Assembly (NCBI GenBank): GCA_036297385.1
Contig: JAXJLD010000117.1
Location: 22,208 to 86,207, forward strand
Direction of reading: 5' to 3'
Source of the DNA: Christensenellales bacterium
Lineage (GTDB): Bacteria; Bacillota; Clostridia; Christensenellales; Aristaeellaceae
DNA: 64,000 nt
Shown here: positions 29,998 to 38,255 of the stretch, piece by piece
How the letters are laid out: the number at the start of each line of letters is the position of its first letter
Position numbering within the stretch: position 1 is the first letter of the stretch
Position numbers and translations under genes: made by a program
Notes under the pieces: model-generated
Databases searched by the model: none
Told to the model about the DNA's origin: nothing
What the model saw: the letters and a program-made list of their open reading frames with translations, nothing else

Positions 29998-30022
29998 AAC
30001 ATTGCCTTAGGTGAGCTACAAT
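29994..30022 (+). promoter_or_regulatory. Sigma-A type promoter for the DEAD-box helicase gene
   Basis: TTGAAA (29994-29999, overlapping the spoIVFB stop), 17-nt spacer, TACAAT (30017-30022). Confidence 0.55.
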
Positions 30023-30058
30023 AGAAGAGAAATAATATGCAAGAGTGAGGATACAGTT

Positions 30059-31252
30059 GTGAGTGATACACAGCAAAATCAAAATGGGCATCCGCTTGTT
30101 CAAATGGGCATCAGCGACGAAGTTGTGCGTGCCTTTGACTGGATGGGCTTTACCAAGCTGACAGGCATACAGCAGAAGTGTATTCCATTGATGATGGATG
30201 GACATGACGTAATTGCCATTGCACCGACGGGCACAGGCAAGACGTTAGGCTTTGGCATCCCGATGCTGGAATATGTCAATCTGGATGATTCGTCCGTGCA
30301 GGAGATCGTCCTCGCGCCGACGCGCGAGCTGGCACAGCAGATTGCCGACGAGCTATCCAACTTGGCGCACTACATCAAGGGCGCGAAAATCGCCGTAATT
30401 TATGGCGGACAGCCTTTTGGCAAGCAGATGAATGCGCTTGCCCGCAAGCCTCAGATTCTCGTGGCAACGCCGGGCCGACTGCTTGACCATATGCATCGCG
30501 GAAACATCAAGCTGTCTACCGTACATACGATGGTGCTTGACGAGGCGGACGAAATGCTCAAGATGGGCTTCATTCAGGACGTAGAGAAGATCATCGAAAG
30601 CGCCGATCCGAACCGACAGCTCGTCATGTTCAGCGCAACCACCAATCAGGATGTGCTGACTGTTTCATGGAAATATCAGCACGATCCAATTGAGATCGTC
30701 GTGCAGGCCGATGCAGAGAATAAGCCGGATATCACACAGTACGTCATTGAATCCGACCAAAAGCAGAAGTATGAGCACCTGCTGTATCTGCTCGATTCTG
30801 ATCAGTATAAACGCATCATGATCTTCTGCAACACGAAAGATATGACGTCGCGCCTGTGTGAGCGACTCAAGAAAGCGGGATACAACGCCGAGTGCCTGCA
30901 TGGCGATGTACGCCAGTCCCAGCGCGATAAGGTTATGACCGGCTTCCGCAAAGGAAAGTTTGAAATCCTCGTGGCCACCGATGTGGCAGCGCGCGGCATC
31001 GACGTGGATGATGTAGAAGCGGTGTTCAATTACGATCTTCCGGATAAGCAGGAGTTTTACGTACACCGCATCGGTCGAACGGGACGCGCCAAGCGAGCAG
31101 GTGTGAGCTTCTCTTTCGTCAGCTTCCGAGACAGCATCCGCATGGACGAGATTCTCAAGTACACACACATTGCGCCGATTCAGCTTGTCTTTGATGCGTT
31201 TGGCACGCTGTGTTACAAAGAAAGTGGAGAGCCGTTTCTGGAGAATGTTTGA
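30059..31252 (+). CDS. DEAD-box ATP-dependent RNA helicase
   Basis: Q motif GIQ, APTGTGKT, PTRELA, DEAD, SAT and HRIGRTGR. The GTG at 30059 lies 8 nt after GAGG and downstream of the predicted promoter; the ORF opens at a GTG at 30011. Confidence 0.93.
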   Translation: MSDTQQNQNGHPLVQMGISDEVVRAFDWMGFTKLTGIQQKCIPLMMDGHDVIAIAPTGTGKTLGFGIPMLEYVNLDDSSVQEIVLAPTRELAQQIADELSNLAHYIKGAKIAVIYGGQPFGKQMNALARKPQILVATPGRLLDHMHRGNIKLSTVHTMVLDEADEMLKMGFIQDVEKIIESADPNRQLVMFSATTNQDVLTVSWKYQHDPIEIVVQADAENKPDITQYVIESDQKQKYEHLLYLLDSDQYKRIMIFCNTKDMTSRLCERLKKAGYNAECLHGDVRQSQRDKVMTGFRKGKFEILVATDVAARGIDVDDVEAVFNYDLPDKQEFYVHRIGRTGRAKRAGVSFSFVSFRDSIRMDEILKYTHIAPIQLVFDAFGTLCYKESGEPFLENV

Positions 31253-31464
31253 TGTGCTTCTATCCTGAATCCGCTGATCTCACTGGGCATCAGCAGCGGA
31301 ATCAGGATGCGCTCTTGGATCGGTTCGCTGGACAGCAGCTTGATGTGGGAAAGATTCTCCGAGCAGTCTATACGCTTGATGCTGGGGTGGTTTTCCAGAA
31401 TGCCCTTAGCCTTTTCCAGAGCATCTGCCGGACCGTAGATCGTCAGCAATGTGCAGAATGTCAA
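31213..31464 (-). pseudogene. Orphan 83-codon ORF resembling only the C-terminal domain of an ABC-type ATPase (gene remnant or domain-only gene)
   Basis: TTG start 7 nt after GGGAGG. The pattern L.IYGP.DALEKAK.IL...P.I..ID...N...I.L......ILIPLL...EISGFRIE recalls the post-ATPase domain of ABC-2 type ATPases. No ATPase domain lies upstream. The 3' end overlaps the helicase gene by 40 nt. Confidence 0.3.
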
Positions 31465-31505
31465 GCTGATTCCTCCCTAAAAAGCAGAAATTCAATGAAA
31501 AAGGA

Positions 31506-31534
31506 TTGCACATCAGTTTTATTTATGATATGCT
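31506..31534 (+). promoter_or_regulatory. Promoter for the DUF1292 gene
   Basis: TTGCAC (31506-31511), 17-nt spacer, TGaTATGCT extended -10 (31526-31534). Confidence 0.5.
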
Positions 31535-31589
31535 ATGGACAGATACAGAGATACATTTGTATCGTATGACGAAAGCGAGGATATTAATC

Positions 31590-31886
31590 ATGGATGATAT
31601 GGAAATGATGGAGAACGACAACATTATCGTGCTGACCGATGAGGACGGCGTGGATGTTGAATTCGAATTCTGCGCTTCTGTGGAGTATGAAGGCAACGAG
31701 TACGTCGTGCTGCTTCCGACCGAGGACGATGACGGCGAAGTTGTGATTCTGCAGGTCATGGAAGATGAGAATGCGGATGAGGATGACGAAGCGACCTATG
31801 TCGGTGTGGACGATGAGGACGTGCTTCAGGCCGTGTTTGAGATCTTCAAGGAGCAGGCCGGAGACGAGTTTGACTTTGAGGAGTAA
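31590..31886 (+). CDS. DUF1292-family acidic protein
   Basis: I.L.DEDG.....EF......EGNEYVVLLP.EDDDGEVVILQV is the DUF1292 signature. The ATG at 31590 lies 9 nt after GAGG; the ORF opens at 31506. Confidence 0.8.
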   Translation: MDDMEMMENDNIIVLTDEDGVDVEFEFCASVEYEGNEYVVLLPTEDDDGEVVILQVMEDENADEDDEATYVGVDDEDVLQAVFEIFKEQAGDEFDFEE

Positions 31887-31907
31887 TTGCTCACATTCAA
31901 AAGCCAC

Positions 31908-31940
31908 AAAAAAGCGCACGGGTTTTCCGGCGCTTTTTTT
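31908..31940. terminator. Bidirectional intrinsic terminator between the DUF1292 gene and lexA
   Basis: A-run, AGCGCaCGG / CCGgCGCT hairpin, then a T7 run. It lies between convergent genes. Confidence 0.8.
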
Positions 31941-31991
31941 ATGGCTTTTTTATTGGGGAAGAAGGAACAAAAAGACCATAATAGGGCAACA

Positions 31992-32621
31992 TCAAAACCT
32001 GCGAAGCAGGCTGACAACCTTGCCCAGAATTTGAACAGAAGGGACGATGATCGGCTCCATCGCGTCGTTTTCCGGCTGTAAGCGAAAGTGACCGTTTTCC
32101 TTATAAAAGCGCTTAACCGTCGCATCATCCTCGACCAATGCAACGACGATTTCGCCGTTATGCGCATCCGGCTGTTTGCGAACGACGATATAATCATCGT
32201 TGAAGATTCCCGCCTGAATCATGCTGTCCCCGCGCACGCGAAGGATAAAATGCTCGCCTTCGCCTACCAGATCCGCTGGGAGAAGCATCTGCTCATCGAT
32301 CTGCTCCTCGGCCAGTATGGGCTGACCGGCCGCGACACGGCCCACCACCGGAACCGAACATACACGGCTGTCCTCCACAGCTCCTGCATAGGCAGGAGGG
32401 TGCGACAGCCCAATGGCGCGCGGCTTCATGGCATCCCGATGCAGCAACCCCTTTTTTTCCAGCCGCGTCAGATGGCCGTGTACTGTCGAGGTGGAACGCA
32501 AACCAACTGCCTCGCCGATTTCGCGAACAGAAGGCGGATATCCCCGCGTTTCGATAATCTCCTGAATGTAGGAGAGGATTTTAGTCTGCGTGTCGCCGCG
32601 CGGTCTTTGCTTGCCAGCCAT
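31992..32621 (-). CDS. lexA: LexA repressor
   Basis: Winged-HTH ([24 protein letters not shown]), VAAG cleavage region, GDSM and VKRF motifs. The ATG is at 32621; the ORF opens at 32654. Confidence 0.96.
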   Translation of the reverse strand: MAGKQRPRGDTQTKILSYIQEIIETRGYPPSVREIGEAVGLRSTSTVHGHLTRLEKKGLLHRDAMKPRAIGLSHPPAYAGAVEDSRVCSVPVVGRVAAGQPILAEEQIDEQMLLPADLVGEGEHFILRVRGDSMIQAGIFNDDYIVVRKQPDAHNGEIVVALVEDDATVKRFYKENGHFRLQPENDAMEPIIVPSVQILGKVVSLLRRF

Positions 32622-32652
32622 AGTCGTCACAGCCTTTCTGATGATTCGATTC

Positions 32653-32682
32653 ATTATAGCATAAATTCTGTGCGAAAATCAA
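32653..32682 (-). promoter_or_regulatory. lexA promoter
   Basis: On the minus strand: TTGATT, 18-nt spacer, TGcTATAAT. Confidence 0.5.
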
Positions 32683-32689
32683 GAAAAAT

Positions 32690-32703
32690 CAAACAGACGT
32701 TCT
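32690..32703. promoter_or_regulatory. Candidate LexA (Cheo-type) box
   Basis: The minus strand reads AGAACGTCTGTTTG, that is GAAC-N4-GTTT, one mismatch from GAAC-N4-GTTC. It lies between the divergent -35 elements of lexA and the Cys-rich gene. Confidence 0.45.
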
Positions 32704-32713
32704 CATATTGCGC

Positions 32714-32742
32714 TTGAATCCCAGCGGGATGCGTGCTATAAT
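32714..32742 (+). promoter_or_regulatory. Promoter for the small Cys-rich gene
   Basis: TTGAAT (32714-32719), 17-nt spacer, TGcTATAAT (32734-32742). Confidence 0.55.
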
Positions 32743-32778
32743 AGGCCCCAAAATGGAAAGAAATAGGGGAGATTGGCT

Positions 32779-32979
32779 GTGGAAAGAATCCGCTGTGTGC
32801 TTTATGATCGGGAGTGTATCGAATGCGGAGAATGCAATCGGTGCGACCTGGACCCAACAAAAATCTGCGATAACTGCAAAAAGTGTATTGGGCTGGATAA
32901 CAGCATGGAATATCGCGCAATCAAAATCGACGGCATCATTGACGAAACCATGAATCCTGACGAATACCTCGACGATTGA
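32779..32979 (+). CDS. Small Cys-rich protein (8 Cys, acidic tail), function unknown
   Basis: An in-frame GTG at 32779 lies 7 nt after GGGGAG; the ORF opens at a TTG at 32773. Cys pattern is C-x6-CxxCxxCxxC-x7-CxxCxxC, followed by the tail DETMNPDEYLDD. Confidence 0.55.
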   Translation: MERIRCVLYDRECIECGECNRCDLDPTKICDNCKKCIGLDNSMEYRAIKIDGIIDETMNPDEYLDD

Positions 32980-33002
32980 CGAATCAAAGGAGGGCAGGAG
33001 AG

Positions 33003-33560
33003 ATGACGCATCAGGGTACGCAAAGGCTGGAAACAGATAGATTGGTTTTAAGGCGATTTACAGAGGATGATGCTGCATCCATGTATCGAAACTGGGCGGC
33101 AGATGAAGATGTTACAAAGTACCTGACATGGCCACCTCATGCCAATCTTGAAGTGAGCCGATCAATCGTGAAACAATGGCTTCATGCCTATGAAAGCGAG
33201 CGATACTACCATTGGGCGATTGTATTGAAGTGCATTGACGAACCTATCGGGGGCATCTCTGTTGTGCGCATGGACGAAGAAGCTTCTGTCGCAGAAATCG
33301 GCTATTGTATCGGAAAGAACTGGTGGCATCAGGGCATTACTTCGGAAGCGCTGAAAGCCGTCATAGGGTTTCTCTTTGATCAAGCCGATGTCCATCATAT
33401 CCAGTGCAGGCATGATCCACGAAATCCGAACTCTGGCAAGGTTATGAAGAAATGCGGCATGAAGTACAAAGAGACTCTGATCAATGCCGACAAGAACAAC
33501 CAAGGCATCTGTGACGTTTGCTGTTACGAAATCAACAGTCCAAGTATTGACATCAATTAA
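33003..33560 (+). CDS. GNAT-family N-acetyltransferase (RimJ/RimL-like)
   Basis: TDRLVLRRFTEDDA, then WHQGITSEALKAVI in the acetyl-CoA region. The ATG lies after AAAGGAGGG; the ORF opens at 32976. Confidence 0.85.
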   Translation: MTHQGTQRLETDRLVLRRFTEDDAASMYRNWAADEDVTKYLTWPPHANLEVSRSIVKQWLHAYESERYYHWAIVLKCIDEPIGGISVVRMDEEASVAEIGYCIGKNWWHQGITSEALKAVIGFLFDQADVHHIQCRHDPRNPNSGKVMKKCGMKYKETLINADKNNQGICDVCCYEINSPSIDIN

Positions 33561-33563
33561 AGA

Positions 33564-33604
33564 AAGCATCAGGAAGTATTTTCGACATCTTCCTGATGCT
33601 TTTA
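33564..33604. terminator. Bidirectional terminator between the GNAT and recombinase genes
   Basis: Perfect 13-bp stem AAGCATCAGGAAG / CTTCCTGATGCTT, with an A-run on one side and a T-run on the other. Confidence 0.8.
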
Positions 33605-33615
33605 TATTCTGATAT

Positions 33616-34737
33616 TTATTCCTGATGATCCTGAGCAGAAAATGATTCGCCATGCGGTACAGCATCATCCCGCAGCACCGTTTTTTGTGCTGCCAACCTC
33701 CGGTGATCTTCCGAAATGGCTGCATAGTGTTTGCGAGTAGTATTCACATCAGAATGTCCCAGCACATCGGCCACCAAGTAGATATCTCCGGTTTCCCGAT
33801 ATAGATTGGTGCCGAATGTACTACGCAGCTTATGCGGACTGATCTTCTTTTTGAGCGGCGCGGCAATAGCAGCATACTTTTTAACCATGTTTTCAACAGC
33901 ACGCTGCGTTATACGCCTGCGCTGGATGGACAAAAAGAAAGCGTTTTCATGGCCGGGGAGCGCTTCGATTTGCCGACGTTCTTCCAGATAATCTTTGAGC
34001 GCTTCCGCAACTTCATCAGACAGGTACAAAATAACTTCCTTGCCGCCTTTGCGCGTAACGACGAAAGCATTTTGCTCAAAATCAAAATCGTCGATGTTTA
34101 GCCCGACGCATTCGCTGATTCGGATTCCCGTGCCCAGAAACAGGGAAAGCATCGCCAGATCGCGTTTGGCAGTCACACGATGGTATTTTCGATAGGTCTT
34201 AGGCAAGGACTGTCCGCTCTCGGCAACATCCAGAATCCGAGCGACCTCGTCTACATCCAAGCGAATGATCGCACGCTCATGAAGCTTGGGCAGCGGCACA
34301 AGAGAAGCTGTATTGCTGTCGATATAACCATCGGAGAACAGGAATTTGTAGAATGCACGCAGGGAAGCGTATTTTCGCTTGATCCCGTATTCGTGATTGC
34401 TGATTTCGCGAGAGGATATCTGGCCATCTTCAAGCTCTTCATTTTTGACGTAGAGAGAGAGATAGCGTGCATAGCGCTCCAAATCCTGTTTGGTGACATT
34501 CTGAATGTCTTCAACCGTGAACTGTTCAATCGGCTTTCCGGAAAACTTGGGAAGTTCATCGGACAGATACTGAAAGAATAGCTTGAGATCATAGGCGTAG
34601 CTCAAGCGAGTAAGCGGGCTAGTCTGCTGTTCGATAGCAATGAAATAATCAGAGCAGATCTCCGGCAGCTCGCGAAGAAGCTCGCGCAGCCGCTTGGTAC
34701 GGCGGATATCAGCTTGATCGTGGTATTCGTTCGCCAT
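33616..34737 (-). CDS. Tyrosine recombinase, XerS/XerC-like
   Basis: N-terminal SAM-like core-binding domain. The catalytic region has R (GTGIRISE), HKLRSTF, LGHSDVNTTRKHY and a VTRKGGK motif. The ATG at 34737 lies 7 nt after AAAGGAA. Confidence 0.88.
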   Translation of the reverse strand: MANEYHDQADIRRTKRLRELLRELPEICSDYFIAIEQQTSPLTRLSYAYDLKLFFQYLSDELPKFSGKPIEQFTVEDIQNVTKQDLERYARYLSLYVKNEELEDGQISSREISNHEYGIKRKYASLRAFYKFLFSDGYIDSNTASLVPLPKLHERAIIRLDVDEVARILDVAESGQSLPKTYRKYHRVTAKRDLAMLSLFLGTGIRISECVGLNIDDFDFEQNAFVVTRKGGKEVILYLSDEVAEALKDYLEERRQIEALPGHENAFFLSIQRRRITQRAVENMVKKYAAIAAPLKKKISPHKLRSTFGTNLYRETGDIYLVADVLGHSDVNTTRKHYAAISEDHRRLAAQKTVLRDDAVPHGESFSAQDHQE

Positions 34738-34755
34738 AGGCACGTTCCTTTCTCA

Positions 34756-34789
34756 TAGACTTCGTAAAACCTGCGTTTCGCGAAGTCTA
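34756..34789. repeat. 34-bp imperfect palindrome (candidate recombinase core site, operator or RNA hairpin)
   Basis: TAGACTTCGTAAAAC-ctgc-GTTTCGCGAAGTCTA, with 13 of 15 arm positions complementary. A third AGACTTC copy lies at 34794-34800. Confidence 0.6.
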
Positions 34790-34830
34790 CAAAAGACTTC
34801 CCCCTACATCATTTCTTCACGAAATCCAGC

Positions 34831-35259
34831 TCATTTACCTCGATGCTCTCGGATCTGCCCGGTTGCCAATTCGTCACAGCGATTGTTCCACTTGTTGTCA
34901 GCGTGTCCTTTGACTTTTACAATCGTCACTTGGTGCGGCTGCATGACGGTTAGCAGCCATTTCCAAAGATCCTGATTTTCAACCGGCTTTTTTGAGGCGT
35001 TCTTCCAGCCATTGCGCTGCCAGCCGTCAATCCATTTTTTGGAAAATGCGTTAACCAGATACGCCGAGTCCGAGTACAGCGTCACGTTACACGGCTGCTT
35101 AAGCGCCGTAAATCCCTGCACGGCAGCAAACAGCTCCATGCGGTTGTTGGTGGTTTCCGGCATATAGCCGGAGATTTCTTTGATGTGTTCGCCAAACATC
35201 AGCACGGTTCCCCAGCCACCCGGCCCCGGATTGCCGGAGCAAGCGCCGTCCGTATACAT
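34831..35259 (-). CDS. rnhA: Ribonuclease HI
   Basis: MYTDGACSGNPGPGGWG, TNNRMEL and VKGHAD..NNRCD. The ATG at 35259 lies 7 nt after GAAGGA; the ORF opens at a TTG at 35274. Confidence 0.93.
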   Translation of the reverse strand: MYTDGACSGNPGPGGWGTVLMFGEHIKEISGYMPETTNNRMELFAAVQGFTALKQPCNVTLYSDSAYLVNAFSKKWIDGWQRNGWKNASKKPVENQDLWKWLLTVMQPHQVTIVKVKGHADNKWNNRCDELATGQIREHRGK

Positions 35260-35320
35260 CAGAATATCCTTCAAGTCTGCAACCCCAAATCCAAATTATA
35301 ATATAACATTAGCCTGAATA

Positions 35321-36115
35321 TTATTTTGAAAGCTTAGCAGTCTTTTCGATGGTTGCGGCAAGCGCATCCATAACAGCAGCGCGCATACCGCCTTTTTCAA
35401 GCGCATATACGCCTTCAATGGTGGTTCCACCCGGCGAGCAGACTGCGTCTTTTAGCTTTCCGGGATGCTCGCCGGTCTCCTGTACCATCTTTGCTGCACC
35501 GATTAGCGTCTGTGCAGCAAGCTCGTAGGCCAGCGCACGCGGCACGCCATATCGAACGCCGCCATCTGCAAGGGCCTCAATAAACTGATAAACAAAAGCA
35601 GGCCCGCAGCCATTGATGCTTGTCGCCGCGACAAAGACGTGTTCTTCCACCTGAGCCACTTTTCCGCCCGCAGTAAAGACCGACTTGGCAAAGGCAAATT
35701 CCTCTTCCGTGCAGCGGCAATGGCTGCACAGCAGGCTCATGCCCTCTCCGACAGCCAGCGGCGTATTCGGCATCACGCGGACGAAGTGCGTGCTTTGCGG
35801 AAATGCCGCTTCCAGCATCTCGTACGTCCAGCCAGCAATGATGGAAATCACCATTTTTCCGGAAAGATCTTCGTAAATCTCTCGGATCACCTGTGCAGCA
35901 TAAACGGGCTTTACGGCCAGCAAAATGCAGTCACAAGCACGAACCAATTCGGGATTGCTGTCCATCACCTGAACCCCCTGTGCTGCAAAGCGTGCGCAGA
36001 GCTCCGGCATTTTGTCCGTTACCGCAATTTCATCAGGCGACAGACCGCCATTTTTCAAAACGCCAGTAAGAATCGCAGACCCCATATTGCCTGCGCCGAT
36101 AAAACCAAGCTTCAT
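35321..36115 (-). CDS. proC: Pyrroline-5-carboxylate reductase
   Basis: GFIGAGNMG, RVMPNTP and SPGGTTI motifs. Confidence 0.94.
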   Translation of the reverse strand: MKLGFIGAGNMGSAILTGVLKNGGLSPDEIAVTDKMPELCARFAAQGVQVMDSNPELVRACDCILLAVKPVYAAQVIREIYEDLSGKMVISIIAGWTYEMLEAAFPQSTHFVRVMPNTPLAVGEGMSLLCSHCRCTEEEFAFAKSVFTAGGKVAQVEEHVFVAATSINGCGPAFVYQFIEALADGGVRYGVPRALAYELAAQTLIGAAKMVQETGEHPGKLKDAVCSPGGTTIEGVYALEKGGMRAAVMDALAATIEKTAKLSK

Positions 36116-36180
36116 CAGGAAACCCTCCTTGTCACCGTTTGGATGTTTGATTTAGGCAAATCCTTTGAGAAGGACGGCAG

Positions 36181-36223
36181 AAAAAAGCGCCGCCGACGCA
36201 GCATATGCCGCAGTCGGTGGCGC
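36181..36223 (-). terminator. Intrinsic terminator after upp
   Basis: The minus strand shows a long GC-rich hairpin (GCGCCaCCGACtGCgGC / GCtGCGTCGGcGGCGC) followed by TTTTTT. Confidence 0.8.
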
Positions 36224-36228
36224 GGATT

Positions 36229-36966
<738 letters not shown>

Positions 36967-37000
36967 TTATTCAATTCCGATTTTCCGCCTTTTCCATTGC

Positions 37001-37029
37001 TTGACACGAGGATACGCCCGCGCTATACT
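37001..37029 (+). promoter_or_regulatory. lgt promoter
   Basis: TTGACA (37001-37006), 17-nt spacer, TATACT (37024-37029). The leader carries the hairpin TATCTCCGG-ctga-CCGGAGATA (37064-37085) abutting the SD. Confidence 0.6.
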
Positions 37030-37097
37030 AAACCATAATACCTATAAAATAAGAATAGGAAAGTATCTCCGGCTGACCGGAGATAGCGGAGGATGTT

Positions 37098-38255
37098 ATG
37101 CTCAGCAGACCCATGATTGACCGAATTGCATTCTTTGGCATCAGCTGGTATGCCATTTTGATTGTAGGCGCCGTTTTGATCGGGCTGGCCTTCTGTACGC
37201 GCGAAGCACGCAGGCTGAATATCCCTCAGGATACGCTGATTGATTTTCTGCTTTACGCCATTCCGCTGGCTATCGTTTGCGCGCGTATCTACTACGTCAT
37301 CTTTCGCTTCAATATGTTCAGCGAAGATCTGTGGTCGATTTTCAACATCCGGGAAGGCGGCCTCGCCATCTATGGCGGTGTGATCGGTGGCCTGATCGCC
37401 GCAAAAATCGCTGCACGCAAGCATCATGTATCGGTGTGGACGCTTCTGGATATCGTTGCGCCGGCGCTGGTTCTTGGGCAAGGCATTGGGCGCTGGGGAA
37501 ATTACATCAACATGGAGGCCTATGGCCTGCGCATCAACGAGGAGTACCTGCAATTCTTCCCCTTTGCGGTTGAAATTCCCGTCGGAGACGTGTGGTACTG
37601 GCACATGGCGACATTCTTCTACGAATTCTGCTGGGATGTGCTGGTTTTCGCGCTGCTGCTCGTCATTCGCCATCACAAGCGCCGTAACGGCGATGTGTTC
37701 TGCTGGTATCTGCTGCTGTATTGCGCAGGGCGGACGGTCATTGAAGGTCTGCGCAACGACAGCCTGACCTTTATCAGCGAATTCGTGCGAATCTCGCAGG
37801 TGCTGTCTGCTATAGCCGCCTTTGGCGTTGTCATCTATTTCTTCGTTCGTATTCGGGATCGCATCAGTCTGGTCACCATTGCGCCGCTGATCTGCGCTGT
37901 GCTTTGTTTGGTGACGACATTCCTCGGTGAATTTGAACGTGGGGCATACAGCACACTCTTCCCCTTCTCTCAAGGCAGTCTGGTGCTTCTGATTCTCGTG
38001 TCTGTTGCGATGATTGCACTGTGGACGGTGGACAGTGGTGCATTTGACTGGCGGACAGCTTTGCCACTCCTGCTGAATGCCGTGTTCATTGCAGGTCTTT
38101 TGATTGCAGGCGTAGGCCGCGCCAATGCCGACAACACCTATTACGTCTCTCTGCGCCAATGTGCTGCCATGATCCAGTTGATTCTGTGCGGCTGGCTGCT
38201 GTGCTATCCCTTTTGCCCGGACACGAAGAAAGTAAGGAGGAATCGCCATGCGTAA
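37098..38255 (+). CDS. lgt: Prolipoprotein diacylglyceryl transferase with an extra C-terminal membrane domain
   Basis: ISWYAILI, REGGLAIYGG.IGG and GQ.IGRWGNY.N.E.YG are present. After the Lgt core there are about four additional predicted TM helices. Confidence 0.9.
   Translation: MLSRPMIDRIAFFGISWYAILIVGAVLIGLAFCTREARRLNIPQDTLIDFLLYAIPLAIVCARIYYVIFRFNMFSEDLWSIFNIREGGLAIYGGVIGGLIAAKIAARKHHVSVWTLLDIVAPALVLGQGIGRWGNYINMEAYGLRINEEYLQFFPFAVEIPVGDVWYWHMATFFYEFCWDVLVFALLLVIRHHKRRNGDVFCWYLLLYCAGRTVIEGLRNDSLTFISEFVRISQVLSAIAAFGVVIYFFVRIRDRISLVTIAPLICAVLCLVTTFLGEFERGAYSTLFPFSQGSLVLLILVSVAMIALWTVDSGAFDWRTALPLLLNAVFIAGLLIAGVGRANADNTYYVSLRQCAAMIQLILCGWLLCYPFCPDTKKVRRNRHA

Noticed and set aside
33003-34743. 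The GNAT gene plus the tyrosine recombinase gene might form a small horizontally acquired islet or a degraded prophage end.
   Set aside because: My hand counts on 120-nt samples gave 45% and 51% G+C in the GNAT gene and 50% in the recombinase 3' end, against 49-56% in lexA and 56% in gap. That contrast is modest. I found no flanking direct repeats, no tRNA target and no phage or transfer genes. The recombinase looks Xer-like rather than like a phage integrase.
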